Positions 1 to 11,533 of a stretch of 64,000 nucleotides of DNA are shown one piece after another. The stretch is from Octopus bimaculoides. Taxonomy: Eukaryota. Location: the NCBI RefSeq assembly GCF_001194135.2, contig NC_068990.1, positions 39,542,585 through 39,606,584 of the forward strand, read 5' to 3'. Made by a program: the position numbers and the translations under genes. The notes below the pieces were generated by a model. It had not been told where the DNA came from. It searched no databases and saw only the letters and a list, made by a program, of their open reading frames with translations. The stretch's first letter is position 1; every line of letters begins with the position of its first letter.

Positions 1-300
1 ATAATAATGTGTATGTATAATCTGTGTATCTATAATATATATATATTCAAATGCACACACACACTCATATAAAAACATATATATATATATAAATATATAT
101 ATATATATGTGTGTGTGTGTATGTATAAATATATATATATGTGTGTGTGTGTATATATATATACACACAGATATGTGTGAGTGTATATATGTACATATAT
201 ATATATGTATATATATATATACACATAAGTATGTATACACATATATATGTATGTATACATCTATATATCTATACATACATACACACACACACACATACAT
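1..300. repeat. Compound (TA)n/(TG)n/(CA)n microsatellite
   Basis: Directly visible alternating dinucleotide runs. Confidence 0.95.
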
Positions 301-759
301 ATATGAATACGATTATTAGAAATATCAGCAAACAAGAAAAAAATATAAGATAGCTTGGTCCACTTCCAATGTCTCCACACATTGCCGCAGCCCTCATCAT
401 CACTAAAACAACAACAACAGGAACATCAAAAACAATAACTTGGAGTCAAACTTTCATTTACAAACCCACCTACCCCAGTCCTGCCATGCTATGACAAAAA
501 AAAAATCACAAACTCAACAGCAACAATAAGAAAATTGCATAGGAGTTAGAGATTAGAGAGTGGTGGTGGGGTTACATCTAAATAGTATCAAATTACTATT
601 ATATATGGAGGGTGTAGGTATGGGTTGGGACAGAATTCTGTTATTTGATATCTAAAATGTAAATGATTTTTATATATATTTATTTTTGTTTTTTTCCCCA
701 ACCACCACTCTGATGAATGAATGAATATTCAGGATTTACCAATATTGCTAAGAGATTAA

Positions 760-849
760 AACAAAAAGAAACAGAAGAGAGAGAATGTGTAGGGGAAATG
801 GGTAGGGTGGAAGAGAGATTGAAAGATACAGAGAGATAGGGAGAGGGCA

Positions 850-880
<31 letters not shown>

Positions 881-925
881 GTGAGAGGGAGAGAAAGAGA
901 GAGGTTGAGAGAGATAGGAAGAAGT
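760..925. repeat. (GA)n polypurine tract
   Basis: GAGA run and purine-rich flanks. Confidence 0.9.
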
Positions 926-1029
926 TAGTGGAACTGGAGAGTTTTTGAACTGACAATATGGCATTTTGTGTCTGACTGTTCACAGACACACTGGCACTTC
1001 CCTTCTGAGAAACGTACTGAGGCACATGT

Positions 1030-1206
1030 ACACACGTATGTGTGTGTGTATATACATATATACATATACACATACACACACACATATATATTTATATATA
1101 CATACATATTTATATATGTGAATCTCTATATACAAATATATATATTTACTCATACTTATACATATATATATGTATATATATTAATGTATATATATATATT
1201 TACTAA

Positions 1207-1278
<72 letters not shown>

Positions 1279-1297
1279 CTAATATATATATATATAT
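1030..1297. repeat. (TA)n-rich microsatellite
   Basis: Long TA run at about 1213-1275. Confidence 0.95.
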
Positions 1298-1379
1298 GAC
1301 TACTTTATTATCACCCCTTCTTCCTAGCTCTCCTGTGTGACCCCTCTGTCCGGCATTCGTCATGATAGATTGCTAGCCA

Positions 1380-1470
1380 CTAAATCTTTTTCTATTTTCT
1401 CTCCGTGTTTATTTCTGTGTTCCTTTCCGTCGAAGAGCGTAGGCTCAAAACATAAAAGACTTTCTTACTT
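1380..1470 (+). mobile_element. Dispersed repeat (family P), possibly a Penelope-like terminal motif
   Basis: CCTTTCCGTCGAAGAGCGTAGGCTCAAAACATAAAAGACTTT matches the reverse complement of 62285-62335 (CCTTTCTGTTGAAGAGCGAAGACCCGAAACATAAAAGACTTT). The Penelope link is inference. Confidence 0.55.
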
Positions 1471-1472
1471 CC

Positions 1473-1960
1473 GAAGCACGGCTTACAAAGAATAGAATCT
1501 CCACTGCAGAACGAAGAACATTTGCAACAGCTCAGAGAAGCAACTTCTATGAAGCAGCTTTCAATTATGATCCAATAGTTCATTATGCAGATGACACTAC
1601 AGTTTCCATAGGTGCAATGACAACTGAGTGCATACATTGTAAAGCAAGGAAGTGGCTTGGAGAGACACCTGAACTGTGCTGTAGTGGTGGAAAGGTTAAA
1701 CTCCCTGCAATCCCCCAACCTCCACAGAGCCATTGAAGGAACTGTTGTCATCAACTGACCAAAAATCCAAGCACTTCCAAAACAAAAGTTGACAGTAGGT
1801 GCAGGAGTGGCTGTGTGGTAAGTAGCTTGCTTACCAACCACATGGTTCCGGGTTCATTCCCACTGTGTGGCACCTTGGGCAAGTGTCTTCCACTATAGCC
1901 TCAGGACAACCAAAGCCCTGTGAGTAGATTTGGTAGGCAGAAACTGAAAGAAGCCTGTCG

Positions 1961-1992
<32 letters not shown>

Positions 1993-2355
1993 CATGTGTA
2001 TATGTTTGTGTGTCTGTGTTTGTCCCCTCAACATCACTTGACAACCGATGGTGGTGTGTTTACATCCCTGTAACTTAGCGGTTTGGCAAAAGAAACCGAT
2101 AGAATAAGTACTAGGCTTCCAAAGAATAAGTCCTGAGTTCGATTTGTCGACTAAAAGTGGCACTCCAACATGGTCGCAGTCAAAATGACTGAAACAAGTA
2201 AAAGAGTAAAGAGTACAAAGCTGCATTACAGATGACATCATTTGGAACTACAAGAGATTTAACTGAGCCAGGATTCATGCAAACTTTCAAGATCCAAGGT
2301 CATATTTATCATCAGATTTTCCCTCTACTACTTCTGTTGAATGAATCACCGAAAT
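1473..2355 (+). mobile_element. Helitron Rep/Helicase N-terminal fragment (pseudogenised), interrupted by a SINE
   Basis: Manual translation: AAFNYDP..SIGAMTTECIHCKARKWLGETPELCCSGGKVKLP..PEPLKELL..SKHFQNK (1551-1790, one frameshift). It resumes after the SINE as AALQMTSFG..GFMQTFKIQGHIYHQI (2218-2325). This matches the CxxC/CCxxGKV zinc motif and the MTSFG..TFKIQG.VYH motifs of Helitron RepHel proteins. Confidence 0.85.
1798..2215 (+). mobile_element. SINE family A (tRNA-like head, internal TA/TG microsatellite, AAGAGTA tail), full length
   Basis: A-box-like TGGCTGTGTGGT and B-box-like GGTTCATTCCC. Collinear with copies at 7914, 43681, 54680 and 59972. Confidence 0.92.
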
Positions 2356-2678
2356 CGGTCTTTCATTGTATATAATCTGTCTTTTGCAACACAAAACGTG
2401 TTTTTGAATTATGTGTATTTACTTTATATGCATATATGAGTTGAAAACTTTCTTTTAACATTTCACTTAACGTCTATGTTCCATGCTGGCATGGGCTGGC
2501 GAGTTATTAATGTAGAAAGTTGGTATCTCAGCTACTAACAGTTGAGATCTGCATAATTTAGATGGCGTTTATAAATTTCATTATTCTCTTTAACCCAGGC
2601 AATGCCGGGTACATCTGCTAGTGTATATATGTGTGTGTATATATATAGGTGTGTGTTTGGATATATATATATATATAT

Positions 2679-4246
2679 CAGTGGCGTGCGGTGACTTCTG
2701 AGGTTGGGCATGCAATGAATTTCTCCACCACCCACCCCCACTGGCAATTTTTCAGTAAAAGAATTTTCGTATTCCTACGATTTACATATGGGAGATTCTG
2801 AATATGCAACCACCCCCGTATGATCTAGAATAAGCAGAGAATTAAAAATGGCTCTGTAGAGATGAGCCTGAAATAAGTGTATTGTTTGTGTCTTTTTCTC
2901 TCTTCGAAACGTCAATACTTTCCCATCCTCACTCTCTCTTTAAAATGTCTAAAAATCATAAGTGAAATGGAATAAAGATGAAATTGGATTCTGTTGATAT
3001 TCTTGCATATTCGGACTCTCTGTTAAAGGTAGGAATCCGAAAACAATTTTTCAAAAAATTTCGTTTTTCAGAGGGGTGCGATTCTGCATTAGCCCCTATA
3101 CCTATTGGTTCAGCTGAATCAATTTGAAATGATTTAATAAAGAGAATACATTTAGTTACATTATATGGACATGGTTTTAGATAGTTACGCTCTCGAAGAC
3201 AAGTTAGGTGCTTTATCATGCTACTTGCCAATTCCGGGAAAATTGTTGATACTCAAGCAGACTGTTCTGAGACTTACTGAACTCCGTATATTATAAGACT
3301 ACGTCTCACGCACACACATTGAAAATACACGCATGTACATGAATACACACACAATGAAAGACAGCCAAAATTCAACATTGCAAAAAGTCACCCCCCCACC
3401 ACCACCAAAAGAAAAACTGTTGTGGCAGAAGTCAACATCTCTGAGATTGAAACAAGACATTTACGACCGTAAATAGACTAGACCCAGCAGCACAGAAAGG
3501 AAAACCTATGTAGGTTAGGTGTGACGAAGAAGTCGAACCATTCCTCCTGCGAAACAATATTGATGTAAGAAGGTCGAACCTTACGTTATAACAAACACTA
3601 ACCAAAACCTGCAATATATGCCCTTTAATATATTAAGTTTTTTTTTTAATGTTCTAAAATGTTATTTACCTCATTTATAAATTAATTCAATTCTTCGATC
3701 TTTCTGGGCAAATATATCTATCATATTTTCGTAGAAATCTTCTCTTTTCATCAATTGTTGTAATAAATCTTTTTCAATTGACAGTCTTCTTTCTCCTTTC
3801 ACATTTCTTTGGTATGTTTTGATTCTACTTAATGCAGAAAAGGATCGCTCTACAGAAGCAGTGGTAGACGGAATTGTCAAAATCAACTTGCACTGATTGA
3901 AAAGTTCTGGCATAGCTTCAACAAGATCACGAATATTTTAAGATCTACCAAAGATTTCATATGCCTTTGCGAACGCTCGTGCTTTAGCATAGCCATATGT
4001 AAATTATTTAAATCATCATAGCTTTTATGATTCTAAAATTCTTTTCTAAGCAAAAGAGTAAACAAGGCCAACAGAATAATTTATTAAGTGTAGCACTTCC
4101 AGTTAACCATTTTTTTTTTATTTTCATACAAATTAACCTGAAATTGTCTCGTGAATTAGGTAAATTCGGTGTTGGTTTCCCACCGTTTATAATTAATTGT
4201 TTTCCATCGAAGTCTCTTTTCGAAAAACTATTTCTCAAAATATCGT
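2679..4246 (-). mobile_element. hAT DNA transposon, internally deleted (TTF-type zinc finger plus C-terminal dimerisation domain)
   Basis: Terminus CAGTGGCGTGCGG at 2679. ORF 3671-3913 LILTIPSTTASVERSFSALSRIKTY is the hAT dimerisation motif. 4008-4238 KWLTGSATLNKLFCWPCLLF plus DDLNNLHMAMLKHERSQRH (3935-4020) is TTF-ZnF-like. The other end lies in or beyond the gap. Confidence 0.85.
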
Positions 4247-4876
4247 NNNNNNNNNNNNNNNNNNNNNNNNNNNNNNNNNNNNNNNNNNNNNNNNNNNNNN
4301 NNNNNNNNNNNNNNNNNNNNNNNNNNNNNNNNNNNNNNNNNNNNNNNNNNNNNNNNNNNNNNNNNNNNNNNNNNNNNNNNNNNNNNNNNNNNNNNNNNNN
4401 NNNNNNNNNNNNNNNNNNNNNNNNNNNNNNNNNNNNNNNNNNNNNNNNNNNNNNNNNNNNNNNNNNNNNNNNNNNNNNNNNNNNNNNNNNNNNNNNNNNN
4501 NNNNNNNNNNNNNNNNNNNNNNNNNNNNNNNNNNNNNNNNNNNNNNNNNNNNNNNNNNNNNNNNNNNNNNNNNNNNNNNNNNNNNNNNNNNNNNNNNNNN
4601 NNNNNNNNNNNNNNNNNNNNNNNNNNNNNNNNNNNNNNNNNNNNNNNNNNNNNNNNNNNNNNNNNNNNNNNNNNNNNNNNNNNNNNNNNNNNNNNNNNNN
4701 NNNNNNNNNNNNNNNNNNNNNNNNNNNNNNNNNNNNNNNNNNNNNNNNNNNNNNNNNNNNNNNNNNNNNNNNNNNNNNNNNNNNNNNNNNNNNNNNNNNN
4801 NNNNNNNNNNNNNNNNNNNNNNNNNNNNNNNNNNNNNNNNNNNNNNNNNNNNNNNNNNNNNNNNNNNNNNNNNNNN
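4247..4876. other. Assembly gap
   Basis: N run. Confidence 1.
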
Positions 4877-6421
4877 ATATATATATGGTAGTATGTGAAT
4901 AATATTCTTAAGGTCAACATTTACTCATTCTTGACAACTTCTAAACTTTGTCACTAACTCAGTTTTTAACCAAATGGGATGATGTTTACATTTTTAGATT
5001 GGGCACATCAGAAGCTACATTTCGAGCTAAACAATTTGAAAATTGTTTCAGTAGAACAAAAGTTTGAGTCAAATATGGGAGGTCACAAACAGGAGAATAA
5101 CACTTGAAATTGACTTTGAGTCCAAATATATATTTTTTTTTTAAGAAATCTATATTTTATTTTAGCTTATATGATAGATCTCAACGACAGAAATCTGTCC
5201 ATGTTATTTATAGGCAAAAGTATTCAGTAGTAAAAAACCACTGTAAAAACCGGCGAGAAAAAGGATATTAACGCCTGAAATCAGCTTTGAAAATTCAATC
5301 ATCTCTTCTTACTATATAGCTGATATATTCTCATACTTTTTCTTACTAGCCCTTCATACTATTTATAGATATTGCTCATTTATTGCTTAATTTTATAATA
5401 ACATTAGTATTATATTAACATTCACCATTATATAGAAAATTATTTTTCATAATGAATTTTCACATTTTTTTTTTTTTTTTTTTTTTTGGCACATTCATAT
5501 TATGCACTTTGTTTCAATATAGAAATTTTATATACAGTGAAGATATAGGATCTATTATTTTTTACAATTATAATTACATTTCTCATTATCCTAAAAAATT
5601 ATTAATTTTAAAGGAAATAAATATACAGCCAGGTTTTATTTAATTAACACAAAACAAGCACTCATTTATTTATACTAAATATCACTTACATGCTTTTTCA
5701 TTCAATGAGCAGACCTGAAGGTTTCTAGTAATGCTGTTCAAAAAAATCAAAAGGGCAGGTGGCTCCTCGTGCCTTATGGTGGATGCATTGGCTATTTCTG
5801 CATTTTAAAAATCATTTTTATATTAGCCAGTGCAGCAAAACTCTGTCCAGGTAACTTTTTCCTATTTTTAGATTTTAAGAAAAAATATGTGAAAATTAAA
5901 GAAACACAGAATAAAATTCTTATTTTAATTCAATCATCAACAATGAAAAATAATTCAAATATATTTTAACAAAAGAATATTTATTAGTTTTATTGCATTG
6001 CCTGTACTTCAAATATTGTAGCTGGAAATAACATTTTAAAAATTAAAATATTAGGTAAATTTGAGATAATATATTTTATTTATTATGAGAATTTAAAAAA
6101 CAAATAAATCTTAAAAAACATGGTACAAAGGTAATCAAAGATAAATTTTTAAAAAACTTTTTTAAAATCATGTCTTTTAAATTATACAATTAAACTAGTC
6201 ATTTTATTTAGTTGTATCGAGTACAAACAATAAAATATGAAGTTGTAACTAAATATTGCACAACATTTTTTTTTTCACTTGAATTGAAATCTCATTACAA
6301 AAAAAATCATAGATTGCAGTAGAATGGTCATTAAATGGTTTCACATCAACCACATGCTCAATCAGTTCTTCCACATTAAAACAAAATGAAATTTAATCTG
6401 ACAAATCATAAGTAAAATTTA

Positions 6422-6526
6422 TACAGTAGAATTAGCCTAATTCGTCTTTGGCTAATTCATTACTTTACCTAATTTGTCACTTTCAATTTTCTCTTCGGGA
6501 TGACTAATTAGGCAAATTCTGCTGTA
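6422..6526. mobile_element. Tc1/mariner-superfamily (pogo/Tigger-like) MITE, about 100 bp
   Basis: TA-CAGTAGAATTAGCCTAATTCGTC ... GACTAATTAGGCAAATTCTGCTG-TA: about 22-bp imperfect TIR with TA flanks. Confidence 0.7.
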
Positions 6527-6565
6527 TTTTTTTAAAATCAATTTTATTTTATTTCATTTTTAACA

Positions 6566-6739
6566 TACTGCTTTTTCCAGAAATAAGTCCATGGGCTTAA
6601 ACACAGACTTAAATAATTTTGCTTAAATAACTTTTTTCTGAAACTTAATAAAAATTATTCAGGTTATACATGAAAAGACTTTCCGAATATAAGCCCATAG
6701 GCTAAAATTGGATGGGCTTATTTTTGGAAAAATCCAGTA
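6566..6739. mobile_element. TA-flanked MITE, about 170 bp
   Basis: TA-CTGCTTTTTCCAGAAATAAGTCC ... GGGCTTATTTTTGGAAAAATCCAG-TA inverted termini. Confidence 0.7.
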
Positions 6740-6813
6740 ATGTTTTTATAATTTTTGTTTTAATAAAATATAGTAAATTTTTTAAATGTTATTCTCGGCT
6801 GCAATATTTTGAG

Positions 6814-6879
6814 TACAGTAGAATTCTATGTACTTTTTAGTTTCCTTTAGAGGTGACGACTTAGGTAAATTCTACTGTA
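6814..6879. mobile_element. Minimal MITE (62 bp) related to 6422-6526
   Basis: TA-CAGTAGAATT ... AATTCTACTG-TA perfect 10-bp TIR; its TTAGGTAAATTCTACTG end matches the 6422 element. Confidence 0.6.
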
Positions 6880-6953
6880 AAAATCTTGTTCTGTCCTTTT
6901 CCAGGTGTAATAACTTAGGAATATTAACACGCATGCACCTGCAATTTCATTGA

Positions 6954-7165
6954 GGTGAGCTGGCAGAAACGTTAGCACGCCACGTGAAATGCTTAGCAGT
7001 ATTTCTTCTGTCTTTACGTTCTGAGTTCAAATTCTGCTGAGGTTGACTTTGCCTTTCATTCTTTCAGTGTCGATAAATTAAGTACTCGTTGCACACTGGG
7101 GTTGATCTAATCGACTGGGACCTCCCCAAAAATTGCAGGCCTTGTGCCTAGAGTAAAAAAGAATA
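6954..7165 (+). mobile_element. SINE family B (tRNA-like head, GCCTTTCATCCTTT..GTCGATAAATTAAGTACC core)
   Basis: GGTGAGCTGGCAGAA head and GAGTTCAAATTC B-box; homologous to 41824 and 52989. Confidence 0.88.
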
Positions 7166-7913
7166 TGTATGTGTGTATATATATATATATATAATTATAT
7201 ATATTTTTCATTATCTCACTTGTTAGTTTCTAAGCTATTTATCTGAATATATTGATTAGCAATTTTATTTATTTCAGTTTTTAAATGATTTTGATTTCCT
7301 ATTTGGTAAATGCTGAACATTTTATCTTTCTTTTTCTGCTCTTAGCCTTGAACCAATTATTAATTATTCCAGTCAAAACATTTTGAATTCATACAATTAC
7401 TTGTGTTGCTACACTGTAGCTAAACCTGATACAAACAGCAAATAAAGCTCCCTAAAATTATACCTTACTTTCTAAAGTATATACATGCATACCATACAAA
7501 CACGCAAATAATAAAACTGATCAAATGGGAGGGACTTCTTTAAAAATAGTTGCCAAATGGTCTTCAAATCAAATCAACTGCTTTATATATGTATGAGTTT
7601 ATGTGTATTTATATACATAATTATATAAACAAAATTATGGTTCGAGAAAATCACATATTTAATCTTTGAATTCACCAAACAAACCTGATGGTCAGTTTTG
7701 TTGCATCGACATCTTTAAATAAAGAAAATATCATCCAAATTAATAGTTCTGAGAATACATTTTCAAGGTAATCCAAAATCAGTTAAATTTAAAGTTGTGC
7801 TTCGTTCTTGTTCCTTTTTTGACGCCATGTACCCGGATATGCATCTATATATACATGTAGATGTAGGTATGTACATATATGCATTTATACATGCATATGC
7901 TCATATATCATTT

Positions 7914-8306
7914 GTAGGAGTGGCTGTGTGGTAAGTAGCTTGCCTACCAACCACATGGTTCCGGGTTCAGGCCCACTGCGTGGCACCTTGGGCAAGTATC
8001 TTCTACTATAGCCTCGAGCCGACCAAAGCCTTTTGAGTGGATTTGGTAGATGGAAACTGAAAGAAGCCTGTCGTATATATGTATATATGTTTGTGTGTCT
8101 GTGTTTGTCTCCCCAGCATCGCTTGACAACTGATGCTGGTGTGTTTATGTCCCCGTAACTTAGCAGTTCGGCAAAAAGAGACTGATAGAATAAGTACTAG
8201 GCTTACAAAGAATAACTCCTGGGGTTGATTTGCTCGACTATAGGTGGTGCTCCAGCATGGCCACAGTCAAATGACTGAAACAAGTAAAAGAGTAAAAGAG
8301 TAAAGA

Positions 8307-8309
<3 letters not shown>
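7914..8309 (+). mobile_element. SINE family A, near full length
   Basis: Same head, body and tail as 1798-2215; followed by (TA)n(GA)n. Confidence 0.92.
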
Positions 8310-8375
<66 letters not shown>

Positions 8376-9270
8376 TTTTTTTTATTTCATAAAATTTTAA
8401 AGAAATTTTAGAATTTTATTTTAATTTTAAAATTTTATTTTAATCCTCAATCCTTAATTATTTTAATTTTTTAATCATTTAAAAATTCTTTTAAATTAAT
8501 TTAAAATTATATTTGGCCTCCAATTTTATTTGATTTTTAAAATAACTTTACCTCACATTTTCCCTTCCATTTCTATTTAATATTCACTTTTATCAAAGTT
8601 GTCTCTACCTTCCCATCATAATATAGTTACTGCAGATTTTTCATTCATGTTTTCTAATACAATCCACAAGGTACAAATGACCAAACATTAAAGATTTAAA
8701 TTGATCGTGAGATTAAGCAGCCTGTATCAAATTTCGAAACAAAAGAAGACAATGCAAATGTTTTTGAGTGATGACCCAGATACAAACACTAATGTTTTAT
8801 GACTGTCCCTTCCTAAATTTCGGCCATCTTCTGTCCCTTCTCCTATCACATGCCTCCCCTCCTCTATTCTTTCTATCCCTTCTTCATTTCCGTTCTTCCC
8901 TTCTCTTCGTTTTAGTCCTTCTTTTCCAAATCAGTACTTTTTTTCCCCATTCTTCTATATTTCTTTTCCACTTTCCATATACTTATACTTATTACCTATG
9001 TTCACTCACTTCCCCATGTTTATACCATTCTTTTTGTATTCTGCTTGGTTATAACCAGAAATGACTGATGAAAATTGCTTTAATTTTCTAAGTTGTTCAA
9101 ATTTTCTCAACCGATCAATGGGCTGATTGAATAAATCAATCAATGACGCACCTATAATGACTACTGGAAACAACTGCATGTCAAATTTACTAAAGAAATG
9201 TGGAATGACCATTATTTATGCCTTGTCTTTATATATATATATATGTATGTATGTACATATATGTATGTGC

Positions 9271-9301
<31 letters not shown>

Positions 9302-10024
9302 ATATACACACATGCATATATATATATTTAATATATATGCACACACACACATACATACATACTACATACATATACAAGCATAACCACATGCCCATAAGTT
9401 CAAAATAATATCAGCAACAAAAAAAGATGATGTAAAAAGAGTGTAATTATTGTTTTGATGCTCAATGAGTGATTAAGAAAGTAGAAGTGTTTTCGACATT
9501 TTGAACTTAAGCTCTTCTTCAGTAAGTTAGATTGTTAAAAGGAAAGAATGTTGGCAATAAAAACAAAAGCATGAGTAATGGGAAAATTTGTGCTCTGTGT
9601 CAAGCCATGTTATTATCTGACATTTTTGCCCATCTATTGGTGTCCTTCCATTTTCCTCTCTATTTTCCTCTCTCTCTCTTTCTCATTCTTTCTCTATCTA
9701 TCTATCTTTCTCACCCTCTCTCACACACACTCTTTCTCTCACTTTCTTTGTCTCTATTGTCCCTGCTGCTTTTTATTCCTATTTGGTTCTCTTGCTACAT
9801 ACTCATTTTCCCCTCTCTCATCGTCTCTTTTCTGTCCCTCCCTTAGTCCCTAACTTGCTCTCATTCAAACTTACTCCTTTTTATCCCCTCACAATTTCTC
9901 TACTTGATACCACACCAAACCACTCTGAGCTTATCCCTATATATATTAGTGACAGATGCAGTATTAACACTGAGAGGTAATATTCCTACATAACCATGGA
10001 TGATCTATTAGAAAAAACTATACA

Positions 10025-10292
10025 GCGGTAGTCAGTGGGCCCCTGCACCATTAGAATCGATATATGGGGGCCCATGTTAGTATCTAAAGGCCCTTCTCCT
10101 CAAGCTGGAGGATTTTTTATTCACTCCTGGAAGAATGCAGTAATTATTTCAGCCTTACTATGTTTGTAGACAGTTGTAAAGAATACTTTTAACAAAAAAA
10201 AAAAAAAATGATAGCATTGTAGTTGTGGGTGGGCCCCCTTAGTCTCTCCTGGCAACCTATATTTTTAGACCCAGTCTGCCACTGGCGGTAGT
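10025..10292. mobile_element. hAT-type MITE (10033-10284) with perfect 8-bp TSD GCGGTAGT
   Basis: GCGGTAGT at 10025-10032 and 10285-10292 flanking CAGTGG...CCACTG termini. Confidence 0.8.
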
Positions 10293-11454
10293 TCCCATGA
10301 CAGAAACTCTCATATTGACTTTTTGGTGCAAAATGCACTCTTGTTGAAATTGCTTTATTATATTGCTGGATACAATTGTTTCATTTCAGATATATTTCTA
10401 AAGCCAACTCATTTACTATTTCAATTAAAAAGGCTTCAACCTCCTTTCAGATTCAGCTTTATCATGACCACCAATAAATCTGAAGAGAAATCATTAAAAG
10501 TTGTAAGAATGAAACTGATGGATTGTATCTTTTTATAAGATTGACTTTCCATTGGTATCTCAAAAGCTAGAAATTCTAATGATTTCTGCCCCACAGTACC
10601 ACATGGCAAAACCAAGGATTTTGTTATTGAACAACAAAATTTTGCAGTTATTCACACTTGTTTCAAAATACATGGAGTCTCTATTCTTTTAGTCCAAAAG
10701 TTTGTAATGCATGTGAAACTTTGCTTGGTATTATTTTATTTTGACATAATACATGGATATTGCTGCATAGCCCTTCATGAGTGTGTGAGTGAGTGTGTGT
10801 TTGTGTGTGTGTTTGTGAGTGTATGATGGCTGTCCACTTGTAACCAAGGAAACATATGTGAAACCATCAATCTTAATTGAAGAAACATCCATATTTGCTT
10901 TAGGCTTTAGAAGGCAACTCATTTATCCAGGGCTCTTGAGTCTTGTTTCTAGTTCCAACATGGCATCTCATTTGCAACATGGTCTCTATTCAGGGATTAT
11001 ATATTTATATATATACATGTATGCTTGCATATGTATGTGTATTTATATGTACATATATATAAATATGTCTTTGAGGATGTATAAATGTATATATGTCTGT
11101 GTATGTATTTAGAAATATGAATCACAAGCATAATATGAGTAAGTTTATAAGGCAAAGAGGCGACAAACCAATAAATAATAGACTGAATCAATTAAGTAAG
11201 AACTTGTGATTGAAAAAGGGTAGGAATATAAAGTGAAAAAAATAACAATCAAAAGTGTGTACAATGATGATAAACGTAACAAAGGACAAAACAGAAGAGA
11301 ATCAAACATTTCAAGGGATACTCTTTATCAAACAATAAAAATAAGTTGAGGAGTTACAAGAGAAACAGAAAATATGTGAAGCATTTTACATGGCAGGTCA
11401 GAGGTAGAATGAAATCGGGGGGTGAATTAGAGAATATATGAGTATGTATGCATG

Positions 11455-11458
11455 TATG

Positions 11459-11515
<57 letters not shown>

Positions 11516-11533
11516 ACACACACACACACACAT
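11455..11533. repeat. (CA)n microsatellite
   Basis: Visible run. Confidence 0.95.

Noticed and set aside
30-1363. ORFs rich in YIYI/THTH/CVCV (and similar ones throughout the window)
   Set aside because: Translations of dinucleotide and trinucleotide microsatellites, not genes.
1798-1870. SINE heads as functional tRNA genes
   Set aside because: No complete cloverleaf; they are embedded in multicopy retroposons.
4027-4920. Long ORFs spanning N runs (also at 17550, 44544, 45864 and 62980)
   Set aside because: Artefacts of untranslatable gap bases.
7770-7830. Minus-strand ATGGCGTCAAAAAAGGAACAAGAACGA start (MASKKEQERS..) in a CpG-containing patch
   Set aside because: Stops after 21 codons, with no splice donor or recognisable domain to support it.
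9006-9212. Protein-like 68-aa minus-strand ORF
   Set aside because: No recognisable motif; length is compatible with chance.
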